A DNA stretch of 64,000 bases from Blastocladiella emersonii ATCC 22665 (Eukaryota > Fungi > Blastocladiomycota). The stretch's first letter is position 1, and every line of letters begins with the position of its first letter. Below are positions 1-12,006 of this stretch, piece after piece. Location of the stretch: positions 682,001 to 746,000 of the forward strand of contig JANHCV010000001.1 in the NCBI GenBank assembly GCA_025594325.1, written 5' to 3'. The position numbers were made by a program, and so were the translations under genes. Under the pieces are notes generated by a model. It ran no database searches. It saw nothing but the letters and a program-made list of their open reading frames with translations, and had not been told where the DNA came from.

Positions 1-3000
1 CAAGCTCGTCGCCACCACCATCGGCCGCTGGCTCGACAGCCGCGCCGCGCTGCAGCCGCCCGCGCCCTCGTCCATGTCGCAGCTCGACTTCCACGGGCCG
101 ACGCAGGCCCTGACCACCGCCGCGAACATGGACGACCTCGAGTTCCTCCTGCTCGTCGTGATCATGAGCACCGGCGCCGCCGCGCAAAAGGAAATGGCCC
201 GCATCGTGCGCCGCAACATCGCCTCGGGCCGCCTCTCGCCCGCCGTCGTCACGCGCGTCATGAAGCGGTCCTCGGTCGCCCTGCAGGGCTACCAGCCCGC
301 GCTCGAGGCCCTGTTCGAGTCGCTCCTGCGCCGCTCGTTCGCGGTCGGCCGGCCCGCGGGGAACGGCGCCGCGGCGACGAGCGCGGCGCTCACGAGCTAC
401 GGCGGTGTCTCGGTCATGTCCTCGCCCACGGCGTCGTCGCTCGCGCGCGCGCCGCCCGGTGTCGCCGTCGCCGCGCAGATCCTGTACGAGGCCGTGGTCC
501 GGTTCGACCTCGCGTCGCGCCAGAACTGGCTGTGCACGCTCGTGGCGCAGGTCGGCAGCGGGCAGGGCGTGCAGATCGAGGTCGCCCTGCGCGTGCTCAC
601 GGCGCTCGCGGTGCGCCACCGCGACCTCGTCACGCCCTTCGCCATGTTCGTCCGCAGCCTGCGCGATTACCTCGACAACCTCACGGTCGCGCACAAGCGC
701 GCCTACTTCCGCCTCCTCGCGCTGCTCACGCTGCCGAGCGGGCCCGGCGACGCGCAGGTCAGCCCGATGCTCGAAGACCTGTACATCATTTGCCATAAGA
801 TGATCGGGCGGACACAGCCGAGCGATAACGTCACGGGCGCTCTCGCGCTCCTCGCCATCATCGAGCGCCAGATGCACGCGCGCACGCTCGCCCCCTGGGA
901 CCCCGAGCATCGTCTGCAGCAGGTCGAGCACACGCGGACGGCCATCTACCAGGCGGTCGAGCCCGTGATGGGGAAGCCGCCCGTGCTCGCCTTTCTGCTC
1001 TGCTCGCTCGCCGACCTCGTCGCTTCGGGCGCGCTGCACGAGGACGTTATCGAGACGCTCAACATGCTCGCGACCGAGATGTTCAACACGGCCTTCACGC
1101 CGGATGTCGCCCAGCGCCTCTACGATGAACTGACCGGCGCGCCGGGATCGAGCGCAGCGGCGTCATCGTCCAAGGCGTCGGGCGACGACAGCGACACCGA
1201 GATCGCGTCGGCCTCCACGATGTGGCGGCTCAACGACCGCGGCGGCCTCGAGCTCTACCCAAAGGGCACGCCGCTCGGCCACCTGCACCCGCCCGACGCG
1301 TTCGGCCACCAGCGCATGGTGCTCCCGTTCCTGCACCCGTCGTGCGAGTTCCTGGTCCCCATCTTGCGCACGCTGCGCGCGCTGCTCGACCCGCTGCACT
1401 CGACGATCCAGGACCTGTTCGGCGCCGAGGTCGTCTTCACCCGCGGGTACGCCCCCGCGGTCCTCGCGTACCTGCGCGCCACCCTCAACTGGCTCGCCGA
1501 CCTGCGCTCCCACCCGCACGCCGCCTCGTCCATCGCCGAGATCGCCGGCGACGACCGCGTGTTCGGCGCGATCGCTCGCCTCGTCGAGTGCCAGCGCATG
1601 ACCATGGAGATCGACGCGTGCGGCGCCGCGGACGAGTTCGGGCCCGTCGTCGTCGGCGCCGCGCCCCCGTCCGCGGAAAGCGCCGCCGCCGCGGAGAAGG
1701 CGGCGGGCGCGTCCGAGAAAAAGAAACCCAGTCGGCCCGCCGGCCCGCCTAAACCGGCCGGCGCGCTCGGGTCGGGCATGGGCGCCGGGTTCGGCGCCGC
1801 GACCGTCGCCGCCGCCGCCGCGCACGCCGCGGGCCCCGTCCCCGACTGGCTCGCGGCCGTCCGCAAGCAGTGGCCGCTCTCGCCCGCCGTGTTCCTCTGG
1901 CTGCCCAAGATCAACGACCGCGTCCAGTTCCACCGCATCCTCGCCGATTTCTACTACTGGTTGTCGAACCCGCCCGCGACGACCGCGGCGGCGGCTGGTG
2001 GTGATGACGCGGGCGAGGAGACCGTGATCCGCCCGTCCGACACCGCCGGCGCGCTCACGCTCGAGCTCGGCGCCGTGATCGTCGAGGGCCTGTGCCGCCG
2101 CATGGTCGCGCTCGGCCAGCAGCGCGACGCGGGCGACGACGAGCTCGTGCCGGCGCCGCCCGCGCCGCCGAGCTTTGAGCTCGAGCTCGAGGACGACCAC
2201 GACGACGACGCGGACGCGAGCACCGAGGACGGCGACGACAAAAAGAAGAAGAAGAAGGGCAAGAAGCCCGCGGCAGCGGCCAAGAAGACCCCGCGCAGGC
2301 CGGCGCACAGCGGGCACGAGGACCCGAAGCCCGGCGACACCATGGACCTGATCCTGGTGGTCCTGCTGCACCTGTTCGGCCCGCAGACGGACCGCGCGCT
2401 CGCCGACGCGCTCCTGCGCACGCTCGCGCACACGGTGCTCGCGCTGCAGCGCGGCGACGGCGACGACGATGATGGCGAGGCGTTCCCCGCTGGGTTCGCG
2501 GACATGACCGACTACGCGGACCCCGCGCACCTCGACACGATCCTGCAGCACGTCACGGACCTGTTCTCGACGTTCATGACCATGTGGTCCCCGCAGACGG
2601 CCGTCCTCGTGTACCAGCTGATCGTCCGGCTCGTGTCGCTGCACGCGGCCGACGACGAGTCCGCCGCGGCCGGCGATGCGGGCGGTGGCGAATCCATGGC
2701 GACGTCGGCGGGCTCGACGTACGGCGGCGCGGGGTCGGTCCGCACGCGCGCGGGGACCACGACGACGGGCGCGACGGGGATCGCCGGCGCCACCGCAGCC
2801 GCCGCGGCGCAGGTCCCGCGCCGGTTCCACGGCCGCCTGTGCGAGGTGGCGCGCGAGTTCCTCGACTGCAAGAAGTGGACCGGCCTCGACAAGCGGCCCG
2901 AGCCGCTCGAGTATTTCGTCGCGCAGGAGATCGCCATGTCCGACACGCCCATGAACGTGCTGGGCCGGTACGCGGCGTACATGAAGGAGATCGTGCGGAC

Positions 3001-4663
3001 CGGGATGAGCGCCGAGGCGCTCGCCCAGATCGCGGCCAACGACGGCGACGACGAGACGCAGGGGCAGGACCGCGGCGAGGACGAGGCCGAGGACGAGGAG
3101 ACGCAGGTCCAGGGCGACGAGGAGGGCGACGACGAGGCCGCGGCGCGCCGGAGACGGCGCAAGAAGAAGCGGGAGGCTGCCGCGGCGGCCGCCGCCGAGG
3201 AAGACCTCATGTCGACGCAGGAGCTCGACAAGTGCACGCTGCTCAACGCCAACACGCTGCTGCCGTACTACCGCGTGTGCCTGCGCGGGCTCGCCGACCT
3301 GTTCAACGCGATCCCGCTGCGCAGCGAGCTCTCGGAATCCCAGGACTACCCGTTCCTGCTCCGCAACATGGCGATTAACTTTCGCCAGCTCATCGAGATC
3401 GTACGTGGTGTTGCGCGGCGAAGGGAGGGTGGACGATGACGGACTAACAGCGCGACCGCGCGCGCGTGCGTGCAGACCAAGTACCGCGACCAGAAACCGT
3501 TCCTGCGTGCGGCGCTCGCCGAGGGGACGCGGTACCTGCTGTCGTTCATGTCGCGGGCGATGCCGCTGATCGAGGCGCTGTTCGCCGAGAACCCGGTCGA
3601 GATCGCCGACGTGTTTTCGCGGGCGCAGCTCGCGACGCGCCAGCTCAACCAGGTGTGCGCACACACCAAGGTGCTCGGCGACCGCACGCTCATGACGCAC
3701 GTGCCCAAGTGCCGCCGCGCCCTGCAGCAGTACGTCGAGGGCGTGCGCCGCCTGTTCGCCGCGCACGGGTTCAACCGGGCCATCAAGACCCGCACCCTGC
3801 GCCACCGCGACCTCACGGGGAACACGGTCATGACCCAGGTCTACCGCGGCGGCGCCAGCGATGAGGATGACGAGGACGATGAGGAGGAGCGCGACGCCAT
3901 GGACACGGACGGCAGCGACTACGACGACAACCCGCGCCGCCGCCGCAGCAAGGCCAGCAAGAGCGGCAAGGGCAAGCGGCGCGACCTCAACGGCCGCACC
4001 GCGCGCAAGAACCCGGCCGCCGCTGCCGCGGGCAAGAAGGGCGCGGCGGGCGTGGGCGCACGACCCGCCGGCCGGCCCAGCACTCTGGCCGACCGCAAGA
4101 AGGCTCGGCCCCCGACGGTCTCGGTCAACGACGTCATGTACGGCGACGAGGGCGAGGTCGACGAGCTCGACGCCGACAAGGAGGAGGACCACGAGGAGGA
4201 GGAGTCCGCGCAATGCCATGATGACGACGAGGCGACGGAGGAGGAAGCGGAGGAGGAGGAGGAGGGCGCCATGGACGAGGACGCCGGCGAGGCGACCGAG
4301 ATCGACATTGCCGTCGACATTGACGAGCTCGAAGACGTCTTTTCTCAGGCGGTGGTGGCGCGCACGTCGTCGCCGCCGTCCTCGTCGTCGGCAGCAGCGG
4401 GGAAGAAGACGCGCACCCGCAAGCTCATCGACGTCGAGGACGAGGCCGCCGTCGCCATGGGCCCGCCGTCCAAGCGCAGCAAGCCCAACGAGGCGCCGGC
4501 CAAGGCCAAGGCGAACCGGAGCGTCGCCGCCAGCAGCAAGGGCAAGACCGCGGCGGCGGCGGCGGCGCCCGCAAAGGAGAAGCCGCGGGCCAGCAAGCCG
4601 TCGTCGGCGGGCGGGCCGCGGCCCAAGTCGGCCGAGTACATTGACAACAGCGACACCGAGTAG
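1..4663 (+). CDS. FANCD2: Fanconi anemia group D2 protein homolog, 5'-truncated by the window; exons <1..3400 and 3476..4663
   Basis: Frame is open from base 2. FANCD2-like segments: 'LVAQVGSG..IEVALRVL', 'FVRSLRDYLDNL', 'DLYIICHKMIG', and C-terminal 'VPKCRRALQQYV...TLRHRDLTGNTV'. Intron 3401..3475 (GTACGT...GACTAAC...TGCAG) joins ORFs 74..3439 and 3470..4663 in frame. Long acidic/basic low-complexity tail. Confidence 0.88.
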
Positions 4664-4722
4664 CGCGTGACGGAGAGACGGGTGATATATCAATAGCTTT
4701 CTCTGAGACACGGCGCGGCCTC

Positions 4723-5050
4723 CTACTTGCGCTGGATGTCGGACAGCCCGCGCACATCCTATGCCGCGAGCGAGTGAGCAAGCGAACTGGAGCCACTGCG
4801 AGTGATACAGACGCACCCACACGGGCCGGTCGCTCTGCGCGTTCTCCTTGATGACGGCCATGAGGCGCGCGCTCTCGTTCTTGAGGGCGTCGCCGTGCTC
4901 GAGGCGCTCGACCTGGCGCTGCAGGTCCTTGGACATGTTTTTGCGCAGCGACTCCTCGGTCGGCACCGTGTACTCGAGCAGCAGCACGCCGAGCCCGATG
5001 ATGCCGCCGCCCCACACGAGCGACTTGACGAGCTTGGACTGCGTCGACAT
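4723..5050 (-). CDS. CBP4: Mitochondrial complex III assembly factor Cbp4-like; exons 5050..4817 and 4758..4723
   Basis: MSTQSKLVKSLVWGGGIIGLGVLLLEYTVPTEESL...ENAQSDRPVW matches the Cbp4 pattern (GGxIIGxGxLLxxYTxPT...SxxPxW). Intron 4759..4816 is GTGCGT...CTCAC...ATAG; last exon reads DVRGLSDIQRK*. Confidence 0.82.
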
Positions 5051-5328
5051 GATGGATGAGATGCAAGAGGTTAGGGGTGTGCTGCGTCGCTGTGCTGCAT
5101 GGGGTGCGTGACGCGTCGTCGTCGTGTTGACTTGGCAGCAGGCGCGCGCGCCGATCGCGCGATGAACGGACGTGAGCGGCGTGAGCGCGGCGCACGCGTG
5201 GGATGCGACGGGTGGCTGAAGCACCGGTCCCTCAACGACGAGGATGGCCGTGCTCTCGCTCTCGCTCCCGCAACGACATCCACTGCAACGTAGACGTATC
5301 GCCCGAGCGAGAGGGCGCAACTGAAACC

Positions 5329-6367
5329 ATGCTATCGACGACCTACGCCATCCAGGGCCTGCTGTACTTCCTCGCGCACCCGTCACTGTGGATGGTGGCT
5401 CTGTGCCCGTTCCTGCTGGTCATCGTGTGCAGCATCGGCGCGACGCTGGCCATCTTCCTGCTGGCGTACCCGGCGCAGGCGCTGCTGCTCATCAAGTACG
5501 CCGGGTGGTCGCCGGGCGTCGCGTGGCCCGTCACCTTCATCTTCGCCATCCTCGAGACGGCGCTCGCCTCGCTCATCCTGTTCGCCGCGCTGCCGCCCGC
5601 CTACCTCGACGTCATCTTCCGCAAGACGCTGCTGATGCGCGGTGGGCGTGCCGCCGAGCTCATCCGCCGCCAGGCCGACGGCGAGGACGTCGGCGCCAGC
5701 TGCGCGTCCAACTGCGGCGCGTGCTTCCGTGTGTCTATCCTCCTGCGCATCTCCGTCGCTATCATCACCTTCCCGATCCACGCCGTCCCCGTCCTCGGCA
5801 CGCTCGCCTGGATCTACCTAAAGTACGCGTCCTTGTTTCGCGACTACGGGAGGAGCAACTGACCTCGAGCTCCCCCGTGTAGCGGCATCCTCCTGACGTG
5901 GGAGTACCAGCAGTCGTGGTTCGACCTGTACGGCGCGGGCTTCGCCGTGCAGAAGCGCTACATCAAGAGCCACTTTGGCTGGTACTCGGGTGCCGGCATG
6001 CTCGGTACGCGTGCTTCCCGAGCCGCAACAACACGTCGCTTACCCTCACCGCCCACTCACACTCACTATTCGCACGCACGCTAGCCCAAGCGCTCGAAAT
6101 GATCCCCATGGTCAACTGGATCTTCTGCTGGAGCAGTACGCTTCCTCCCGTGCCTCGGCTTGGTCCATCGTACTTCACCAACTCACCTCACGCTCGCTGA
6201 TACGTCTAGACGCTGTAGGAGCGGCGCTAATGGTGCACGACCTAGAAGAGGCCGGGCTGTTCCCGCAGGCCCTCGCGGACACCACGTCCAACGCGCACCT
6301 GTACGGCGCGACCGCCACGGCGCAGTCGTCGGCCGATTCGCTGCCCGCCCCGTCGAGCCGCGCCTGA
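5329..6367 (+). CDS. EI24-domain / Lds1-Rrt8-like multi-pass membrane protein, multi-exon
   Basis: 'YAIQGLLYFLAHPSLW', several hydrophobic helices, 'IPMVNWIF' and 'VGAALMVHDLE'. First intron 5823..5882 (GTACGC...GTAG) gives an in-frame WIYLN-GILLTWEY junction; further GTACGC introns lie near 6005 and 6136. Confidence 0.7.
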
Positions 6368-6448
6368 TTCGCAGCGTATCTCTCGCCGTCACACTCGCAA
6401 TTGTAACTAATGAATGTTGTATCGCACTCGGTCGATCCCACCACACTA

Positions 6449-8844
6449 TCACTTGTGTCGCGGTTTCTTGGCCAGCGGTTCTTGGAGACTTGGTCCCGCG
6501 GACACCCTATACACACGCGCGCGCAAGTGAGCCTTTTCGCTTCGCATCAACCTCGCGAACATGAGAAACGTACGGCCGGTTGCCCTCGGTCAGCAGAATA
6601 CCCGGCGCGCCGACCACCTTCTGTCGCTCGAGCATGGCCGTGGTGAGGTCCGCGAGCCGGTCGCCCGACGCCATCTGCTCCTGGCGCCGCCGCTCCTCGT
6701 CCTTGCGCGCAATCTTCTCCTGCTTGTTCTTGCCGCCCTTGCGCCCGTGGAACGGGTGCGACAGCTCCTTGTACGCCTACACACACATGCACGATCGTGT
6801 CAGTCCCTCGTCCACCATTTTGAGACAGCGCGCGAACGTACCTCCTTGGCCGTGAGCAACCGGCCCTGCGCGTTGTAGTGCTCGATGACGACGTTGGGCT
6901 TGTAGTTCTTGAGCCGCTCCGCCATGTCCTCGGGCTTGCGCTTGTTCGTTTTGGCCTTGCCGCCGCCAGCACCCGCCGTCGCGTTCTGCTCCCACTGCTG
7001 CCGCGCCTGGTACTCGCGCTCACGCGCCGCCCGGTCCGCATCCACCACGTCGAGCGCGCCGCGCTTGCGGAACAGCTCCATGGCCGCGCCCAGGCCCTTG
7101 TTGAGCACGGGCTCCTCCTCGAGCGGGTTGTGCTGGTCGTCAGCGTCGTCGGCTTCGTCGGTGTGCTCCTGCTTGATGGTGGTCGACGCGGGCTCCGTCT
7201 TGAGCAGGATCGCGTCGACCTCGTCGAGCTCCATGTCGTCGTCGACGGCAGCAGCAGCAGCTTGCGCAGCATCGTGCTCGCGCTTGATCTTGACCTCGGC
7301 CTCGTGCGCCGCGGCGTCGGCCGCCGCCGTGTCGATGCTGCGCACAAACTCGGTCGTCGCGTCGAACACGAGCGTCCCATCCTCGTCGGCCGCGTCGCCG
7401 TCCACGTCCATGTCGTTGGTCGGCGTGGCCGCGGCGTTGCGCTCGAGGTCCAGGGCAACCTCGTCGACGCTCGGCAGCGCCTTGGCGCGGCGGCGCACGG
7501 CGCGGGCGCGCGTCGCGGTCAGCATCGACTGCAGGTCGTCGTCGTCGACGAAGCTCGTGGTCGCCGACTCGCTGAAGTCGCGGTCGCGGTTCGTCACTAC
7601 GGCGTCGGTGATGGCGTCCGGGTCGAGCTTGGTGCGGCGCTGGTTCTTCTTGGACTTTTTCTAGCGGAGTCGGCGAGGGGGGCGGGGTGAGTGGTTGGAG
7701 GTGCGGGCGATGGGCGCGAGGGAGCGCGTACCTTCTTCTTGATGGTCATCTCGGACGCGGACTTGAAGTCGTCGATCTGCTTCTGCTCTACACTCGCACC
7801 ACACCTTGTCAGTTTGAGCTCGCCGATCCGCGCAGCATCCGCAAAACACGTACTTTCGTACTCGAGCGATAGCGCCTTGGCCTCGAGCATCTCCTCGGCG
7901 GTAGGCTGCTCACCCTTGACGATCTGGGCGCCGTCCTCGCCGAGCACGTAGCGGCGCGCGGGCGCCTTGGCCTTGCCGCTGACCTCGTCGATGAACTCGT
8001 CGTACTGCGCGAGCACGCCGCGGCGCGCGGGCGCGGCGGAGCCCATGGTCATGGTCTCGAGCTCGTCGTCGTCGTAGCCCGAGTAGCCCGGACGCTTCGA
8101 CTTGGCGGCCAGCGCCTCGCGCGCCTTCTCGACGTCGCGCAGAGTCGCGTTCTCGAGCTCGTCCTCGCCGTCTACACGCCCGAGGAGAGGTGAGCGTGGT
8201 CTGAGTCGGGATGGGTGAGGAATGCGTACCGTCCAGCACGCCCGTGTCCTTGAGCGTAAGAATCATCTCCTGCCCCTCGACGAGATCCGCCTCGAGATCG
8301 TGCGCGACCGAGAGCCCCGCGAGGTCGCGCGCCGTGTACTCCTCCTCATCTCCGCCGCTCACTGCTGCCGTCGCGCGCGCCTTCCACCTCCGCTTCGCCG
8401 CGGCGGCCGCGCTCTCAGAAACCGACTCGGCCTCCTCGATCGTCGCGCGCGTGCGCGCCGCCATCGCCTTCTGGCGGGCGACCCACGCGGCGGCGTCCTC
8501 GTCGGCCTCGCCGTCACCAAGCGTGGCGCCGACGAGCGTCTCGCGCAGCTTGCGGCGGTTGCGCGACCGCTCGAGCCGTTTCGCGACCTCGGCGGCCTCG
8601 CGCGTGCGCGCCGCGGTCGTCGACTGCGCGGCAAAGTTGGCGGCTGCGCGCACGTCTGCGTCCGAGCTCGTCAGGACCAGGGGTTTCAGGCCCAGGCTCG
8701 CGCGAAGCTTGTTGGTCTCCTCGACCGACAGGGAGATCTCGACTTGCGCTTCGGCGCCGTCTAGACGCGCGGATGGCGGTTGTCAGAGAAAGGGGCGGTT
8801 GGGCCGCGAGGGGCTGATGCATTACCGTGCTCGAGATGATCCAT
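6449..8844 (-). CDS. SART1: U4/U6.U5 tri-snRNP-associated protein 1 (SART1/Snu66), multi-exon
   Basis: HIND motif 'ISLSVEETNKLRASLGLKPL', 'LAGLSVAHDL..EGQEMILTLKDTGVLD', 'YKPNVVIEHY..GRLLTAKE|AYKELSHPFHG'. Start MDHLEH at 8844 and stop at 6449 inferred from GT-AG introns. Confidence 0.9.
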
Positions 8845-9328
8845 GGTGGGTGATTCAAAGACGTTGCTGCAAGTTGGACAACTTGGCAAGCGACGGGGTC
8901 AAGGATCGCGAGGAGGAGAGAGGTCGGATGACTTGGCGGGTCGGTGCCGGCTTGTTCGCCGAGCGCGCCGTCTGCGGCTCCTTCTCTCCCCGCGTGCAAG
9001 ATGATACATCATGTAACTTGGACGATTATTCCGGAACAACCTGATGCAGCTGTCGATCTCTATGCCATGTGCTACTTTGCTGTCGACGGGATGCCGCGAC
9101 GCACCGTCGCGCTCGAGGCGAAGGGCGTCGAGGGGAAGGACCTCGCTGTTGCCGCCTGAGCGCTCTCATGTGCTCCGCCTCGGCGCTTCCGATGTTCACC
9201 ATGTTAGCTTCATGTTGGTCTCTCAGAATGACATGAGGGGACCCGGTGTCGCGCCCGTCAACGCGGTTGACTCGCCGTTGAACGCTCAGACCTGAGGTTC
9301 CACGCCATTTCTCAATCGAATCCGTACA

Positions 9329-10510
9329 TCATCGACCGAGCGCACCGCCAACCATCGTAATCGCGCCCGTATACGGCGACCGGGCCATGAACCGGAGCCC
9401 CGACCGCGCCCACCACTCGAACGCCTCGGGGCACCGGCCATCGAGCCGCCCGGGCATCTCGGGCGCGTACTTGAGCTCGAGCCCCGAGTGCAGCCACCAG
9501 TCGAGCACCGCGATCTGCCCGTTGCGCGATGCGAGGTCGAGCGCCGACTCGTCGTACTCGAACTTGAGGTCCGCTTGCGCGCGCCACCACTCGAGCACGT
9601 CGACGCTGCCGTACCGCGACGCGAGAGTGAGGATCCGCGCCGGCTTGTACTCGATCGTGATCCCGCTCGCGCGCCACCACTCGAGGATGCGGACCTGGTT
9701 GAGCTGCGCCGCGTTCTCGAGAATCTGCCGGCGCCACGCCGTGCACGTTTCCGTGCGCAGCAGCCAGTCGAGGACGTGCACATGGCCGCGCAACGCCGCT
9801 TCCTCGGCTCCCTCGGCCACCACGTCGTTCCGCGGATACGACCCGGCGTCCATCCACCACTGCAGCACGCCGACGTGCCCGTTCACGCACGCGCCGCGGA
9901 ACGCTGCGCTTGGGTACCGCAGCTGCCGCGCGCCCGCGTACTCGCGCCACCACTCGAGCACCGCGATCTGCCCCGCGGACGACGCCTGGACGAGCGCCTC
10001 GGCCGTGAAAGTGAACGGGAGCCCGCTTCGCTGCCACCACTCGAGCACCGCGGTATGCCCCTGCGCGCTCGCGATGCTGAGCACGTCGTCCGAGTGCGCG
10101 ACCGCGAGCCCCGAGCCCATCCACCAGTCGAGCACGTGCGTGCGGCCCGCGAAACACGCGCGGTCGATGGCGCGCGCGCCGTACTTGAGCTCGAGCCCCG
10201 AGCACAGCCACCAGTCGAGGACGTGCGTGTGCCCGTGCTCGCACGCGAGATCGATGGGCTCCTCGTCGTAATGCAGCGGCAGCTTGGCGTCAAACCGCCA
10301 CCAGCACAGCGCCGCGAGGTTGCCGCGGCCCGACGCCTGGTGCAGCGAGCACCACGGCAGCTGTGGGATCACGGCGCGCTGGACGACAACCGACGTCTTG
10401 GGCAGCACGTAGAGGTAGTTGAGCAGGTGCGCGAACGGCTGCGGTGAACGCGCCGCGAAGACGAGGATGCGCTCGAGGATGCTGGTCGGGAAATCGGCTG
10501 GGCTGGTCAT
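9329..10510 (-). CDS. Ankyrin-repeat protein of the 'GHxxVLxWW' type with F-box-like N-terminus
   Basis: About 10-11 repeats such as ACEHGHTHVLDWW, ASAQGHTAVLEWW, ASRNGQIAVLDWW. N-terminus DFPTSILERILVFA. ATG at 10510 chosen inside the longer 9329..10807 ORF. Confidence 0.8.
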   Translation of the reverse strand: MTSPADFPTSILERILVFAARSPQPFAHLLNYLYVLPKTSVVVQRAVIPQLPWCSLHQASGRGNLAALCWWRFDAKLPLHYDEEPIDLACEHGHTHVLDWWLCSGLELKYGARAIDRACFAGRTHVLDWWMGSGLAVAHSDDVLSIASAQGHTAVLEWWQRSGLPFTFTAEALVQASSAGQIAVLEWWREYAGARQLRYPSAAFRGACVNGHVGVLQWWMDAGSYPRNDVVAEGAEEAALRGHVHVLDWLLRTETCTAWRRQILENAAQLNQVRILEWWRASGITIEYKPARILTLASRYGSVDVLEWWRAQADLKFEYDESALDLASRNGQIAVLDWWLHSGLELKYAPEMPGRLDGRCPEAFEWWARSGLRFMARSPYTGAITMVGGALGR

Positions 10511-10897
10511 TTTGGTTGAACTGCTTGCATTCGTACGGCGTCGCGGGGTGCTTGGATCGACTGGCGGCGGTTGGCCCTCATTTGTACGCGCCCTGAACGT
10601 TACTGTTCGCGCGCGTGCGATCCAAGTCACTGCCCCTCGTGTGCTGCGCGCCGTGGGAAATGGGAGATAAGCCGCACCGTAAACCGCAGTCAACCGCGAA
10701 ACCAGGGGTTCTGGCGGAACTGGCTCCGTGTTTCGAAAGCATGTGATCACGCGTCGTTCAATTTCCCTCAAGGTTCGCAACGCGGGAAAACGAGCGCGCC
10801 GCATCATCGAAAACCTTCATCTATTGTCTTAACCGGACATACACGCTTCTACCATTCCAGTCTTAACTCGGCGAGGACCTCTGCGGCGCCAGGCAGA

Positions 10898-11893
10898 CTA
10901 CGCGGTGACCATACCCACGAGCTCGTGGGCAGTAAATCCGAGGCCGAACAGCCAGCGAAGCATTTCGGGAACAACGCGCGTCGCGTCGTGTTGGTATGAC
11001 ATGGAGCAAAGAAATACCTCGGCCAAATCGTAATTGGAGATCAGTTTGATGAACTGGACTCGGTCGACGCCGTAAGGACCGTCCAAGATCCGCTGCACAG
11101 CGTCCATGTTCCAGCAGTTGAGCGCTGCGAGCGCAAGTGAGATCGCGAACGGTACTCGAAGCTCGCCATGATTTTCGAGGTAAACGCAAAGGGCGCCGCG
11201 CGTTTGCGCGTGCTTGGTGAGCCAAGCTCTCGACCACAACTGAAGCGGGACTTGCTCGTCGATGATGGTAGGAATTAGACGAACAAGTCGGTCGAGACAC
11301 GCAAGCATTCCGTCAACGTCGCCTAGATGGAGGAAAAAGCACGGCAGGAGAAATCTCTCCGGGACGGCGCTCCATCTCGGACGGGAGAGCAGCTGGTCCG
11401 AAGCATCGTCCGAGAGAAGATCTGAGAGAGGGATGCCCAAATCGGCGGGCAGCAGGCGGTACACGTCGTCAAGAACGGATTCCGTGAATGGGTGCGACTG
11501 GCGAGCGCGCACGACGTTGGGATGGTCGCCACCGCACAGCCCACCGGTTCCGCTGCGCAGCGTACCGGGGAACCGCGTTTTGAGGTACCAAGCAAAGGGA
11601 AACTGCCACTGGCGTGACGAGTAGTAGTAGTTATCGAGTTCCGGCCCAGTCATATCGACGGGCTTGCCCGTTGCATCGCGGAAAGAGTCAGTCAAGTGCT
11701 GATACGAGTCATAGCTGACACTGCGGACGACCCGGTGCGCCCAGGGGCGGAGAAAGATCGGTGAGCAAGCGGAATCACGGGTCGCACGAGAGGCAATGGC
11801 AAGGTTGCGAGACGGGCGGGCTAACACAAGGACTTGTTCGAGAAGCTCTTGAGGCATTGCATCAAGTGCGAGATGCTTTTCATTCGTTTCCAT
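10898..11893 (-). pseudogene. METNE-family copy 1, 3'-truncated (no exon 2 seen)
   Basis: METNEKHLALDAMPQELLEQVL, QWQFPFAWYLKTRFPGTL and MSYQHDATRVVPEMLRWL align with the paralogs. The ORF stops after 331 aa, against about 430 aa for exon 1 of intact copies. Confidence 0.75.
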
Positions 11894-12006
11894 GGCGAAA
11901 GCGTGCGAGGGCCGAGAGCGGGAACGGGGCAGTCGGTGGCGTCACTTGGCCTCCGCGGTGGCGCTCGCCTGAGATGCGGTTAGGTGACTAAACAGCTGAC
12001 CACGCG

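Noticed and set aside
1163-5386. 1407-aa minus-strand ORF
   Set aside because: Antisense shadow of the GC3-rich FANCD2 frame that happens to run through the real CBP4 exon; Arg/Gly/Ala-rich nonsense elsewhere.
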